A DNA stretch of 64,000 nt, from positions 42,346,001 through 42,410,000 of the forward strand of contig OZ336878.1 of NCBI GenBank assembly GCA_965287045.1, read 5' to 3'. Numbering within the stretch: position 1 is the stretch's first letter; every line of letters begins with the position of its first letter. Shown here in pieces: positions 34,919-48,597 of this stretch. The DNA comes from Carcharhinus amblyrhynchos (Eukaryota). The notes beneath the pieces are model-generated. The model worked only from the letters and a program-made list of their open reading frames with translations, was not told where the DNA came from and did not search any database. The position numbers and the translations under genes are program-made.

Positions 34919-37209
34919 ATGGTCTTGGTGGTCAGGAGGTGAGCCAGAACTATACATTGTTCAGTGCCTGCCAGTTTACTATTAGTATCTGAGCTGAATG
35001 TCCCTTTTGTTTTGGTTGCACCTGGGATGTGATCTGTCGGGGGAGGGGGGTGTGTGTGTGTGTGTGGTTGGGGGAGGTGCAGGTAGGGGTGTGCAATTGG
35101 TTAAGTGTGACTATTTTTAACCTAGCATATTTCATGCTGCTTCCCATACTGCTGATTGGCATCTAATCAGGCAAACACAATATGATTGACAATCTAATGA
35201 AGTAATCAGAAAACTCCAGTCTGTGGTTATGACTTCAGTTCTCCACACTTCAGTCAAATTTAGCCTTGCGAATCTGAATGTGGACTAGATCAATCTCCAG
35301 GTAAGATGTAGGCTGGTGGGCCATGGGTTTCACACCCCTTGTATAACCCGTGCCCTCTGCTCACCAAAATATTGCTGGAGTTGTTGTTCTGCTGAATCAT
35401 TATCTCTCCTTCACCCTGCCCATGTTCCCACCCTTGCTGTCTCCCACCCTGAATGCTCCGACATTCAACTCTCGTGACTTGATTGTGTAAAAAAAACCTT
35501 CCTCCTTTGCTCTTGTTTCTTTCTTGGGAATCCTTAGCCTCAGTCCCCTGGGTCTCTGTTCACCCACTAGTGGAAACAATCTTTAGTTATTTAATCATAG
35601 TATAACCCCCAGGTATCACTCATCTCTGTACTGCTCCTCCTCTGACAGCACCCCTTCCATTCACCACATTGCTGCTGTCACTCCTGGCTCAATGGGAATT
35701 CCTCCTTAGGTTTAAATATTAATAATTTCATTGACCCCCAAATTCCCCAGATCTTAAAATAATTTGCAGAGATAACAAGCAAGTTCATAAATCTAATAAC
35801 TGTGGATGCACCCAAATTATTACTCTTTTTAATTAAGGATTTTGGCAAACAGTGCTTCATCTGTCAGTCACATCTATTGTGGTAAACAATTATCAAGTTA
35901 CCTGTTTCCATAAAACAAATTGATATAAATTAGCTTTGTACCTTATTAGCTGAGTGCAGGATAAGACACAGGGTAGCCTTACATTAGCTGTTATTAGGTT
36001 TAAATATTAATAACTAAATACTGTTGTATAATATGGAACCAGGCAAAGTGGAATGTATCTACATTATAGAAGGAATCAGAAGATTGACCTTTAATGCAAA
36101 TTTAAAACTAGGCTTGTTACTATTCATTTAGAAAAATATGGTTGCTATACAAACGATTAAAAAGAAATATATTTATATTTAAATGATGCAAAAGATGTAT
36201 TAAGTTGCAATTTATGTTCTTACAGAACTTCACATTTGGTTCAGTGGTCCTTCAAATCTAATGACTTCAGATTCCCTTGAAAAAGTTCTTGACCTAGAAT
36301 GCATTTTTCACAATCAAAGTTACAAGAGTTAATAATTGGATCTTCAGTGTTTTAGGTGCTGTCATTACTTATATAACTTTAAATATCGAAAGCAAATTGT
36401 AACATTTGAGAAGAAAGTTTCATTGTATTAGAATGGCAGAATGCCAAGTACTTGAAACTGTGCATAATGCGTTCAGATAACGTTACAGTGTACAATGCAA
36501 CAACAAGGGTAATTGAAAAGGCACACTTAAGAAGCTACATTCTTATAGAAGAATCTTTAGATTTACATCCATAGTTAATTTTGTTCGGGTACTGGTTACA
36601 GGCTGGTTTTTAATTCGTCGTATCTAAGTGGAATATTAGTTAACTACCTTCACAGAAAAAATGTTATGTTCTATGGTTATGTTCTACAGCTGTCATTGAT
36701 TTCCATGCCCAACCTTAAGGACATCCTGTTCTTCTGGCAAGTTTTGCTTCTATGAAATCTTTCATAGTAGGTCATGGCTTTTAAATATGCATGTGAGGTT
36801 ACAGGCCATATGTGTTTAATCAAACTTCAATTATTACAGTGTGCATGCTCGAAACTGATGATTCCAGGTTATAATGTATGACGAAATGGGTCATTCTAAT
36901 TGGATCAGTATGGAGACATTATGAACCAAACTCATTATGATAAGTTGCTTCCTGTGTTAAAGGTTCTCTTGAGCTTATAAGCTTGGCTCACTACCTTCAA
37001 TCAGGCTATGTTATAGTGCCCAGGGAACAACAGCGCTGTTTTCCCTATAGGACATCATACAGCCAAGAAGCTATGTTTTTCCCAAGTTCCGTCTTGTATC
37101 TCACTTTACAAGTCAACTGATCCAAATCCCAAACCATGGGCTGTGCCAAATACTGTCCCAGATTGCATAACGATGTTAAAGGGGTTTTTTTTCACAGTGG
37201 AGTCTGTTT

Positions 37210-37335
37210 TGATGAAACCTAAAATGCTAACTCTGTTTCTCTCTCCACAGATGCTGCCTGAACTGCCGAGTATTTCTTGCATTTTCTGTTTTTTTAAATT
37301 TCAGTTTTCCAGCATCTGCAGTGTTTGTTTTTGAA
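37210..37335 (+). mobile_element. Penelope-like terminal-repeat arm
   Basis: TAACTCTGTTTCTCTCTCCACAGATGCTGCCTGAACTGCCGAGTATTTC...CCAGCATCTGCAG, same as the right arm at 28110-28160. Confidence 0.6.
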
Positions 37336-37817
37336 CATTCATTTGTTAGAGTGCCAGCCATAAAAGTCAAATTACATTGCATGTAATGTGAATGTACACT
37401 TATGTAAAATCTCGATGAAGCAGAACCTTTTCTTTTGGCTGTGACAAGCCGTTTAAAAACAAAGTTAAATGATTTTGGTTATGTGTTACTTGAGCCGTGC
37501 TAATTTTTGGGTGCGTACATTTTGCAAATTTTATTTGAAAATCAAAACATTTAGTTGTATGTGTATGCTGGCAGCGTGTCACTAAACTCAGTCACACCAT
37601 GTAGTATGTACATGATTTGTCACATCAAGCCCGATTACAGCTTGCAGTTTTCATGTGACTTACAATACCCAAACTTTTCCTTCTTTGCCACAATCAGCTG
37701 AGGAATTAGAAAATAGTGGCAAAGCAAAAACACAAGGGAATCCTCATCAATGTTCAGTGTCACTGACAGCATAATAATTGCAGCTATATTCAGAAAACAA
37801 TTAAATCATTCAGAAAT

Positions 37818-38122
37818 GTGCAGTGGCACAGTTGTTAGCACTGCTGCCTCACAACACCAGGGATTGAGTTCAATTCCCAGCTCACTGTCAATGCGGAGTC
37901 TGCACGTTCTCCCCCTGTCTGCATGGGTTTACTTTGGGTACTCCAGTTTCCTCCCACACTCCGAAAGATGTGCATGTTAGGTGTATTGGCCATACTAAGT
38001 TCTCCCTCAGTGTACCTGAACAGGCACCGGAGTGTGGCAACTAGGGGATTTTCACAGTGACTTCATTGCAGTGTTAATGTAAGCCTACTTGTGACACTAA
38101 TAAATAAACTTTAAAAACTTTA
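37818..38122 (+). mobile_element. tRNA-derived SINE (same family as 1445-1738)
   Basis: GTGGCACAGTTGTTAGCACTGCTGCCTCA, GAGTTCAATTCC, tail AATAAATAAACTTT. Confidence 0.9.
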
Positions 38123-38419
38123 AAATGCATTGTAGTTGTAGCCATAGCCCAATGCAAAACTCTGCCAGTATGGAAAGTTAATAGTAACCTCAACAACTGA
38201 GAGGAGAATAATTAATTTCTACAACTGGAACAAACATAGATAAAAAAAGACCCTTACCAAAATTAAAAAATCCTAAGCTCTTAACAGTACATTGCATGTT
38301 GGGAAAGGCAAGCCTACAACATTCAGCTCAGTATTGCTGAGCTGAAGAAACAGGTATGGAGCTTGATCCTTGTCAAACCTCTGCCACAGCCTCCACCCAT
38401 CACAACATTTGGGGAGATG

Positions 38420-38642
38420 GACTGGAACTGCCAAGGGTTCTACTCCCCGAATGTGCAGTTGGTATGTGACCATGTACAGATCATCATGTTGGTTAATCCC
38501 CACTACATTGGCAGCAGTCACAATACTTTTATTCTGTGCCAGCCAGCCATTCCTCACATCTTCAGACTGCCGCACAGTACCGTAAGCTGGCTGCGTGTCA
38601 ACAAAGGTTGTCCACTCCACTTGTGGCTAACAACACCCATCC
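38420..38642 (+). pseudogene. PIF/Harbinger (HARBI1-like DDE) transposase fragment
   Basis: NCQGFYSPNVQLVCDH...YIGSSHNTFIL...WLRVNKGCPLHLWLTTP parallels NRKGFHSLNVQLVCD...YPGSSHDAFIL...WLLGDKGYPL..WLMTP; catalytic Asp positions mutated. Confidence 0.85.
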
Positions 38643-38704
38643 CCCACCCCCACCACCAGCCAACCATGTGCCCACTGCTCTCACAATGAGAAACAACAGA
38701 AAAA

Positions 38705-38935
38705 TAATACTTGCATTTACATAGCCCTTTTCATGATCATAGGGTGTCTCAATGCACTTTTCAGCCAATGAGTTACTTTTGAAGTGTAGTTACTGTTGTA
38801 ATGCAAGAAACATGGAAGCCCATTTATACATATATAAACCTATCACAAACAGCAATGTGATAATCACCAGAGAATCTGTTATTGTGGTGTTGATTGATGT
38901 ATATATATTGTCCAGGAAATTGGACGAAAAACCCC
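38705..38935 (-). mobile_element. DeuSINE 3' half
   Basis: CTTGCATTTACATAGC...CAGCCAATGAGTTACTTTTGAAGTGTAGT..TGTTGTAATG...CACAAACAGCAATGTGATAAT is the reverse complement of the Deu tail. Confidence 0.8.
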
Positions 38936-39096
38936 TCTGCTAAATGCAGCAATTCTGCAACCAGGAAGGTCATGGGGAGGTCTGCATTATTAAGTCTGAG
39001 CTTCCACTGCAACACCCAGATATGTAATGATTTCATGAAGGCCTTGAAGGCTTCTCAACTTGACCCCTTGCCAGAAGTGTGGTGATCCTCCTCCAG

Positions 39097-39992
39097 TCGG
39101 AGGAGGGTGTGGAAAGTCTGCAAAGGGATCTAGATAGGCTGAGCGAGTGGGCGAGAACCTGGCAGATGGAATACAATGTTGGCAAGTGTGAGGTTATCCA
39201 CTTTGGCAGGAATAATAGTAGGAAGGTCTACTACTTACAGAGCAAAAAGCTGCAGCATGCTACGGTGCAGAGGGACCTGGGGGTCCTGGTGCACGAGTCG
39301 CATAAACCCAGCCTACAGGTGCAGCAGGTGGTCAGGAAGGCAAACGGGATGCTGGCCTTCATAGCGAGGGGGATTGAATATAAAAGTAAAGAGGTCTTTC
39401 TGCAACTGTAGAGGGCACTGGTGAGGCCGCAGCTGGAGTACTGTGTGCAGTTTTGGTTGCTGCACTTATGCAAGGATATTTTGGCCTTGGAGGGAATGCA
39501 GAGGAGGTTCACTAGGCTGATTCCGGAGTTGAGGGGGTTGAGCTATGAAGAGAGGCTGAATAAACTGGGCTTGTACTCGTTGGAGTTTAGAAGGATGAGG
39601 GGGGATCTTATAGAGACATATAAGATAATGAAAGGGATGGATAGGGTAGAGGTGGAGAGGTTCTTCCTGCTCAGAAAGGACAGCAGGACTAGGGGGCACA
39701 GCCTCAAGATAAGGGGGGGACGTTTAGAACAGAGTTGAGGAGGAACTTCTTCACTCAAAGGGTGGTGAATCTCTGGAATTCTCTGCCCGTTGAAGTGGTG
39801 GAGGCTACCTCACTAAATATATTTAAGGTGCGGGTAGATAGGTTTTTGGTAGGCAAGGGAATTAAGGGTTATAGGGAGAAAGCGGGAAAGTGGAACTGAG
39901 CCACTTCAGATCAGCCATGATCTTATTGAATGGTGGGGCAGGCTCGAAGGGCTAGATGGCCTACTCACGCTCCTATTTTTATGTTCTTATGT
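39097..39992 (+). mobile_element. Young CR1 3' fragment (family of 1762-4200)
   Basis: Aligns closely by eye with ~3315-4200; one stop and one frameshift; TTATGTTCTTATGTT tail. Confidence 0.95.
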
Positions 39993-40409
39993 TCAGTCAG
40001 CTCTTCCTCTCAAAGGGTAGAGCAGCCAATAGTCATTTGGGACAATGTAACTTTGCCTTTTTATCTTCCTTAAATACAGAGATCAAAACTGCGCACAAGA
40101 CTCCAGGTGTGGTCCTCCCAAAGTCTTGTCCAATTGTAGCAAGACTTCCTTATTCTTCCACCCCAATCACCTTGCAGTAAAGGCCAAAATGCATTTGCCT
40201 TCCCCATCACTGTAAACTTCAAGCTAACTCTGTGTTTCTTGCACAAGTCATTGTCAACATCAACATTTACAAGTTTCATGTCTTTCATACCAAAGAGATG
40301 TGATGGACTTTAAACTCTGAACAAAGCCCTGTTCCATGTTTGTAGTGCATTGAAAACTGCGTTATGTCCACTTTGAGCTATCATGTCCATGTACCAGCAG
40401 CGATAGTCA

Positions 40410-41553
40410 AGGAACAAAGAACAATACAGCACAGGAAACAGGCCCTTCGGCCCTCCAAGCCTGCGCCGCGCATTGGTCCAACTGGGCCATTCATTTGTAT
40501 CCCTCCATTCCTAGTCTGCTCATGTGACTATCCAGATATGTCTTAAACAATCCTAGCGTGTCCGCCTCCACCACTCTACTTGGCAGTACATTCCAGGCCC
40601 CCATCATCCTCTGTGTAAAAAACGTTCCTCTGATATCTGAGTTAAACCTTACCCCTCTCACCTTGAACCTGTGGCCTCTTGTGATCATCACCTCCGACCT
40701 GGGAAAAAGCTTCCCACTGTTCACCTATCTATACCCTTCATAATTTTATACACCTCTATTAGGTCTCCCCTCATTCTCCATCTTTCCAGGGAGAACAACC
40801 CCAGTTTACCCAATCTCTCCTCATAGCTAAGACCCTCCATACCACACAACATCCTGGTAAACCTCCTCTGCACTGTCTCTAAAGCCTCTCCGTTCTTCTG
40901 GTAGTGTGGCGACCAGAACTGGACGCAGTACTCCAAATGTGGCCTAACCAATGGTCTATACAGCTGTAACATCAGACTCCAGTTTTTATACTCTATACCC
41001 TGTCCTATAAAGGCAAGCATGCCATATGCCTTCTTCACCATCTTCTCCACCTATGCTGCCACCTTCAAGGACCTGTGGATTTGCACATCCAGGTCCCTTT
41101 GTGTGTCTATACTCTTGATGGTTCTGCCATTTATTGTATAACTCCCCCCTATATTAATTCTACCAAAACGCGTCACTTCGCATTTATCTGGATTAAATTC
41201 CATCTGCCATTTCTCCACCCAATTTTCCAGCCTACCCATATCCTGCTGTATTGTCCGACAATGTTCATCGCTATCAGCCATCTTTGTGTCATCTGCAAAC
41301 TTACACCTTCTTCCAAATCATTTATATATGTCACAAATAGCAGAGGTCCCAGTACAGAGCTCTGCGGAACACCACTAGTCACAGACCTCCAGCCAGAAAA
41401 GACCCTTTGACTTCTACCTTCTGTCTCCTGTGGCCAAGCCAGTCTCTAGCCATCTAGCCACCTCTGCTTGTATCCCATGAGATTTAACCTTTTGCACCAA
41501 TCTGCCATGAGGGACCTTGTCAAACGCCTTACTAAAATCCATATAGATGACAT
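40410..41553 (-). mobile_element. Decayed CR1 RT fragment with 3' end
   Basis: MDFSKAFDKVPHG, GVPQSSVLGP, RPHLEYCVQFWSP, FFTQR; GAACAAAGAACAA tail at ~40411. Confidence 0.92.
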
Positions 41554-42559
41554 ATGGATTGTTCTGGACATAGTCCAGAAGGAGAATAAAGGAATCCATG
41601 TTTTAATAACATGTGCGGTTTTGATTCAGAATGTTTCTTACTGATTCATATTGATTCATCCCAAGAACTGCACAGTGTTCATGCAGGATCTTCATTTTTC
41701 TTGAAGCTTTCAGGCAATCCTGCTTATGCACCAAATATTTAACTGTATGTGCCTATCAGACTTCTGTAGCCTAGCCATCCAAATTGCTATTCTGAGTTCT
41801 CTGCAGCAGTCATGTGTGACCCCATTTTCTGGTGAGCTCACACTGAATGATCCTTGCCCTCTGTTCTGGCTGCAGCCCACCTGTGCTCAGTGTCTCACCA
41901 CTTACCAATCTTGTCTCTACGCTATCCTCTAAAATATAGAGTATGGGTGGTTGAGATGATGAGTGTGATTTTCAGAGTGAGAGACAGCATTCCTTCATCA
42001 ATAGCTTCATGATTTTTCACCTCTTGCTCCTCAATTCCTGTCTAAGCAGGTTGCAGTTCTTGGGTATTTGGAAGGACAAAGGCAGAGGATAGGTAGATTA
42101 ATTTGGATAGATTATGAGATCCTGGGAAAGCTGATTAGGTTTGAGTACATTATCATCTTCAAAAATTTCAGCCACAAACACAATCATGGCCATTCCAATG
42201 AAGTTGATCCTATCTCCTCCTGCAAGGTAAGGACATGCAGCCTTGCCTGACCCCCACTAGTTAGGAACTGCTGCCTTGTTCTGCAGGAGAAAGGGAAGTG
42301 TGTCAGTGAGTTTGGTGTAATCTATCTGGATGATATGATTGCCATGATCGAATACCTGTCAGTGCGTGCAAGCTTTGAGATGTGGGTCTGAGGCTTGAGC
42401 CAGTACTCAGTGTGTGAAGATGAGTTGAAGCTATGAGTTATGCATGAATATTGATTGACAGATTGTTGGTAGCTGAGTGATGAGGGTGGTGCATTGAGCA
42501 ATAAATGAAGCAAGTGATTCAGCTGCTGGGATGTGGTATTTAAAGATTCATTCACTGAT

Positions 42560-42780
42560 GTTAACTGAGGTCAATGAATCTTTTGCAGCACTGCATCAAG
42601 GTCCTTGCGTAAACTTCTGGCATTGACTATCATGGCTATCTGGTTCTGTTGCCTTCATAAAGTTTGTTTGGAGGGTCTCCTGGCCCCCTCTGAATAGATC
42701 ATATGTAATTTCCTCTACTAAAACGGCTAGTATTGCATCACAGAACTGTGAAGAACAATCTCTCCCTTGTATAAATCACT
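42560..42780 (-). pseudogene. Harbinger-associated Myb/SANT-like DNA-binding protein, N-terminal remnant
   Basis: Minus-strand translation with frameshifts: RDCSSQFCDAILAVLVEE...GARRPSKQTL*RQQNQIAMIVNARS..RTLMQCCKRFIDL, fitting the F..L..LVEE...W..IA..VN...RT..QC.K.F.DL pattern. Confidence 0.7.
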
Positions 42781-43349
42781 CTTCGCTTTTTCTAAACAGT
42801 TCCAGCACCTGCTACAGCTAGAATTCCTTTTAAGATGTGCAGGCTGGCTTTAGATACACTGTATCTCTGCCAGCTTATAAGAGCCACCTTTAACCAGCAA
42901 AGTTTTTAAAAGTAACTTTGTGGAGATGACTGGACAGGAATTGTCCGTTAACTCTATAGTCCTGGGGAAATGTATTTCAGGGTAAGATAAATAGCAGCCT
43001 CTCCAGTCATGACTGCAATAAATAGATGCAATATCTTTCAAAATTCATAGGAAAACAGCTTTAATAACTGTACCATAAACATCTCTGCTCCTGGCAGTAC
43101 AACTACAATGTACTACGTTGGTAGCAAACATAGACCCTTAAGTAGTTCAGCACAGATTCAAATGCTGCTAGCCTTGCACAAAACTAACCCTCTGTTGAGA
43201 TGTGCAATCACTTAACAGCACATTTATCGCAGCCTACACACTGCAATCAAAAAATAGCAGGCAGCACAAGTTGACTAGAACAATGCATATGGATTATTTT
43301 CCATCTTGCTCCCTCACCATTCCCAGGTGCTATGAAATTGAGCACCTTT

Positions 43350-43645
43350 TTAAAGTCTATTTATCAGTGTCACAAGTAGGCTTACGTTAGCACTACGATG
43401 AAATTACTGTGAAAATCCCCTAGTCGCCACACTCGGGCACCTATTAAGGTACACTGAGGGAGAATTTTAGCATGGCCAATGCACCCAATCAGCAAGTCTT
43501 TCGGAGGAAACCAGAACACCTGGAAGAAACTCACGCAGAGACGGTGAGAATTTGCAGACCCTGCACAACCAGTGACCCAAGCCGGAAATCGAACCCATGT
43601 CCCTGGTGTCGTGAGGCAACAGTGCTGACCACTGTGCCACTGTGC
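43350..43645 (-). mobile_element. tRNA-derived SINE (same family as 1445-1738)
   Basis: Minus strand GTGGCACAGTGGTCAGCACTGTTGCCTCA, GGTTCGATTTCC, tail CTACTTGTGACACTGATAAATAGACTTT. Confidence 0.9.
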
Positions 43646-44407
43646 TGCTCTTTGGAAATACCAAGGATGAGTTGAACTGCTTCACAATTTTAAAAGGAGC
43701 CCAGGATGATGTTTTGGATGATTAGTGATAAGGGCAGCCCTATCATACCAAAAGTGACAAAAGAACGACACAATGTACTGTGCAAATCACTGTCCTGAGA
43801 ATGTTTCTTACGCAGTTGCCTTCCTTCATTTGCTTGATAAAATGCTTGGCTTCAAAGGACAATAGAACAGCCAGATGTTTAAGCAGCTTGCAGTGATTGG
43901 TAACTCATACCAAACACTGGAAGAACCAGTGAAAAGAAAAGATCTCTAATGTGTGTTGAGAATTCCATTTCTCAAGAATATTTGCACTCCATAATAATAT
44001 GCAGAGCAACAAAATGATTAGGCTGATATCAAACTTTTGGTAGAATATGTACCGACAGTGACAAGACAAGGCAAAATAAAATGTTTATGTCAATTTCTCA
44101 TAATGGCCGTACCTGCTGAAAATATATTTGATGTCTTCGAGCACATAGATCAGCTATATGCCCCAAACATACTGACCACACTCACTTTAGAGTTTGAAAT
44201 GAAATTTCAAACGCATCTAACATATTTGTGAAATTGTGAATGCGAAACAGTTACCAAGATTCTGGATTTGGGAAAGACTGTTTTCAATGGGATGAAGTAG
44301 ATGCTGTTCACAGCAAAGAGGGTAAGTCTGCTAATATTTAAAACAACCAAAGATCAGTGGGACGTGTTCAGAAAATCATTTAACGTGCATCAGCACCAGT
44401 TTTAAGA

Positions 44408-45178
44408 GCATAAGAAATAGATGCAATCAACCCCTCGAACCTGCTCCACCTTTCAATAAACTCATGGTTGATCTCTGTCTCAACATTACTCTTCCATGCA
44501 CTCTTAAACACATTGATTCCCTCAGCACCCAAAAATCTATCCATTCTCTAGCCCAGTGGATTATTGTGGTAGCATGGCCCCTTTAAAGGAGCATTCCCTG
44601 CTCGTGCAAGTCCCTATTGAGTGTCGAGGCAGAAAGCTTAGCCAATCAAGTATAAAGGAAATATTTGGGTCAGGAAAGATTGGCAATTAGAGCCAGGGAG
44701 GAGTGATGGACAGTCACATAGTTATTCTGTCGGACCCTATTTGTATACATCGGTAATCTTTGTGTTGGCAGTAAACTCTTTTTTCTGAACCCTCATCGAA
44801 TCACCCTTGATCTGTTATAATTGTAGGCATTCTATTGTTGAGTATTTTCACTGTCTTGAGTGTATTCAACAATGGAATATTTTCAATCCTCGAGGCTAAA
44901 GGATTCCAAACAATCTAAGTAAAGAAATTTCTCCCCATCTCAATCTTGAATGCTAGACCTTGCATTCTGAGACTGTGCCCCTAGGTTTATAGGTTCCTCA
45001 TCCGGGGAGGCAACCTTTCAGTGTCTACCCTGTTAAAGATCTTAAGTATCTTGTATGCTTATTGAGAGGACCAATTTATTCCGTCTCTGATCATAGGATA
45101 ACTCTCTTATCCCAGGAACCAATTAAGTGATACTGTGATGTACTGCCTCCAATGCAAGTATGTCCTTTTTTAGATGTG
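44408..45178 (-). mobile_element. Old CR1 3' fragment, interrupted by a possible solo LTR (~44565-44820)
   Basis: CATAAGAAATAG...CCCCTCGAACCTGCTCC tail, AAGAAATTTCTCCCCATCTC, GAGACTGTGCCCCTAG; the interruption has CCAAT, TATAAA and AGTAAA. Confidence 0.6.
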
Positions 45179-45899
45179 GTGCCATTTTTGTGCCCTCCTA
45201 CTGGCAAGCTTGGCAGTAGAGGGTTCATTTAATCAGGCGGGAGGGTAGTGAGTGGAGATCCTTCCACCTTTCCATCTTAACTCTGATTAAGTTCGTGGCA
45301 GGAAGTTCCATGAACTGCCCGCCCATTCTACCACCTCATTCAAAGGCACCCAGTACCTGATCAACAAACCTGGAAATGGGAAGGCTTGCTCCTTGCTCCG
45401 TCCCCCCTCCCCTGTGATCCCATCCTGCAACAGTCCTCCCATCATCACTAATCTGTGGCCTGGGTCTATCCATGTTTCTAGGCATTCTGTGTGTGTCGTA
45501 CCAGCAGAAACCACCATCTCCCCAGTGGCACTGCTGTGCAATAGAATCACTGGCCTCTGATTGTTGACTGCCCTTGTCTTGGCTCTTCCACTCCAGGGGT
45601 CTTTAATTACTGACCTGTCAGGTGCCTTTCCCAAAAGAGGTTATGCGAACCTCTTGCTGACTCTCCAGCCACTATTTGAAATAAGCACATTGACACGACA
45701 TTAAGATTGACAGATTGTTGCTAGCCAGGGATATGAAGGGATATGGAGTTAGGTCATAGATCTAGTTAAATGGCAGAACAAGCTCCAGGGGTTAAACAGT
45801 TTTCTCTTTTTCCTATGTTCTTAAACAAGATCCATCAATGCTGTGCAGGTTGGGCAGATTAATTGTCATGCATGATCTGATCTTTCATGAGTGAAACAA

Positions 45900-46245
45900 C
45901 TATGGAAGATTTTCTTCTTGTAGTTAAGAATGTAAACAGAGACATGAAAGCCCTAATTGCAGGCATTAACTTTTACAAAGATCAACAGGGATGATTACAT
46001 TGGAAACTGCCGAGTTTATGGTTGCAGCAATTATTTTTGCTGTCATTGCAATGAGATGAAAGTGAAGAAGACAATGATGACAGTTTGCTGAATTGGTCAT
46101 CCACTTAAACAATGATGAACGAATATAAATTGATGAAGACAATGTGCAAAAATGCCTCAATGTATTACTGAAAGTACAAAGAATGATTGAATAAGAAAGA
46201 ATGACTGCCAGAAGGCAATCAAAGGTAAATTACTTTTTTGATTAA
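45900..46245 (+). pseudogene. Possible Tigger/pogo transposase C-terminal remnant
   Basis: Acidic DESEEDNDD followed by ERMTARRQSKVNYFF, resembling the KQxKITDFF end of pogo-type transposases. Confidence 0.35.
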
Positions 46246-47769
46246 CATCTTGCCTTACCTACTCTGACATTGTAAATGTTCTGTAAATTCTTGCACTGTA
46301 TTTTAAACTTGTACAACTATACAAGCTGTTTGGTGACATGAAAGAACACAGAACAAAAATACTTTATTTTTTCCTCAGAAAAATGATGTTATGTTAATAT
46401 ATTGAAGTGTTGTAATGTTTTAGAGGATATACCTTAATGATGTTCCCAAATCTTTTAATTTTAAAGTGTGGGTACTTCACTGAGCAAAAGTTAGCATTAA
46501 ATAATGAATGGCAAACTAACAAAGATATCTCTACACCCAGCAATACCAAAGAAACCTCTTGGACACTTATGAAGCTTCAAATTCTTGGCCTATAAAGCCC
46601 CCATTACATCATAAAACTAAATATATCGATTTATATCATAGTTTCTTGTTGTGTTTTGTGTTCTTGAGTTTTGTGAAAGAATTTGGTTTTCCTAATGAAT
46701 GCATTTATCTTTCAACTGTTCATTTGAGATTTACTTTGTAATCTAGTCTTCATTCCCACGGCACATAATGGCTGCTGAGAATTTGGCTTAGAATAAAAGA
46801 AATATAATAAAATTTGTTGCGCTTTCTGTAATACACTGGGGCACATTTGCACATTGTCTTCATCAATTAATATTTCACCTCTTCTACGTTGGCAGCAAAA
46901 ATAATTGCTGCATGTATAGACTCAGCATTTTCCAAGACATTCATCCATGTTTATCTTTGTCAAAGTTAATTCCTGCAATTAGGGTTTTCTTTTACAAATT
47001 TAACTATGAGAGAAAACTTTTCTATCATTGTTTCATTTATGAAAGATCAGTCCCAATAGGTTTCGTTTGGTTTTGTAAGAGTAATTTGATTGGTAAGAGT
47101 TGAAAAATCAGATGGAGACATGTGTCATAAAGGCTTAAGTAATTATACTTGCAAATTAGACATAAAGAGTTACTAAGCACAACAAAAAAATGACAAATAT
47201 TGCATACTTCAGCCAAGAGCATTGAAGGTTAATTTCCCTTACCTAAAGGTTCCCTCACCTTAAAAATTGCCACACTGTCTTTTGCTGATTTAAACCCCAA
47301 GACTGAGATATTTTTGCTTTGGCATTCACCAACCAATTTTCTCTTTTGTTTAAATAAATAGGGGAAAATCACTTGTAGAAAATGCAAACTAAAACAGTCC
47401 AAGATGCTCCCTCCAATTTTCAGATCTTCAGGTTTTCTTTTATGATACAGGTAATGCCAGCTTATCATATGGAATTCCTCCACCTGATTTCTCAGGGTGC
47501 CAAATGAATAGAGGATCTGCATATTACCATTCAATCTTGCGTTAAAAGCTTCTAAAACAGGGCTCCCATACAGTTCTGTTTAAAATGAAATGGAATGCCC
47601 ATTCTATGAAATTTGAACCTAAAATTGGATGAGTTTTATTCAATAAAGCCATATGAAATGTGTTCTCTTGGAATATGGGTGACATGCTTTGTTTCCTTGC
47701 CTGGATGCATTAAGGATCACCATGTAGTAATCCTTTTTTCTGGTGCAGGCTCACAAATTACTAGATTTA

Positions 47770-48040
47770 TTAGATTCATAGAACCCCACAGTGCAGAAAC
47801 AGGCCCTTTGGCCCATTGAGTCTGCACCAACCACAATCCCACCCAGGTCCTATCCCCATATCCTTACACACTTACCACTAATCCCTCTAACCTACACATC
47901 CCAGGACACTAAGGGGCAATTTTAGCATAGCCAATCAACCTAGCCCGACATCTTTGGAGTGTGGGAGGAAACCCACACAGACACAGGGAGAATGTGCAAA
48001 CTCCACACAGACAGTGACCCGAGCCGGGAATTGAACACAG
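47770..48040 (-). mobile_element. HE1-like SINE (5'-truncated) with CR1-type tail
   Basis: Minus strand GTTCAATTCCCGGCTCGGGTCACTGTCTGTGTGGAGTTTGCACATTCTCCC...TCTGCACTGTGGGGTTCTATGA. Confidence 0.85.
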
Positions 48041-48597
48041 ATTCAATGTTATTACTATCCATAGTGGAATTTGAATTCATGAACTTGATTGCATCACCCC
48101 TCAATTTTCAAAACACAAGGGAGCATTGGCCAATTTTATGCAACCTGACACCATAAAATAAGGTGATTCTGTGCTGTATGGCTTATATCTTTCCCAAAGT
48201 TCTGCACCCAAAATTGAATGTAGTATTCGAGATGTAGTCCAACCAAAGTTCTGCACAACTGTAGCATCACTCCTCATGTTTTCCATCCTCCTTCGAGATA
48301 AAGATCAATATTTCATTCGCTTACCTGTATTAGCTTTTTATTAACACGTGCAAATCTAACTGTGCATGGGATTGCTTTTAAAGTTGGCAAATGCAATCAG
48401 ACTAAAGGCAGTAATCATTGGCTTTCATTATCATGTATATGTTGGTTAGTTCACTTTTAATATGTTCATGACGGGCAGAAAAATTCAATAACTTGTCCAT
48501 TAGACTAATTCTCATTTATAATAATGGCAATGCCACTGAGGAAAAATATATGCAGAATGATAACTACTATAATTGCGCTGATTTGTGTGTTCACTAA

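Noticed and set aside
36210-36335. Acceptor-like TTCTTACAG followed by ~34 open codons
   Set aside because: Short, no recognisable homology, no supporting upstream exon
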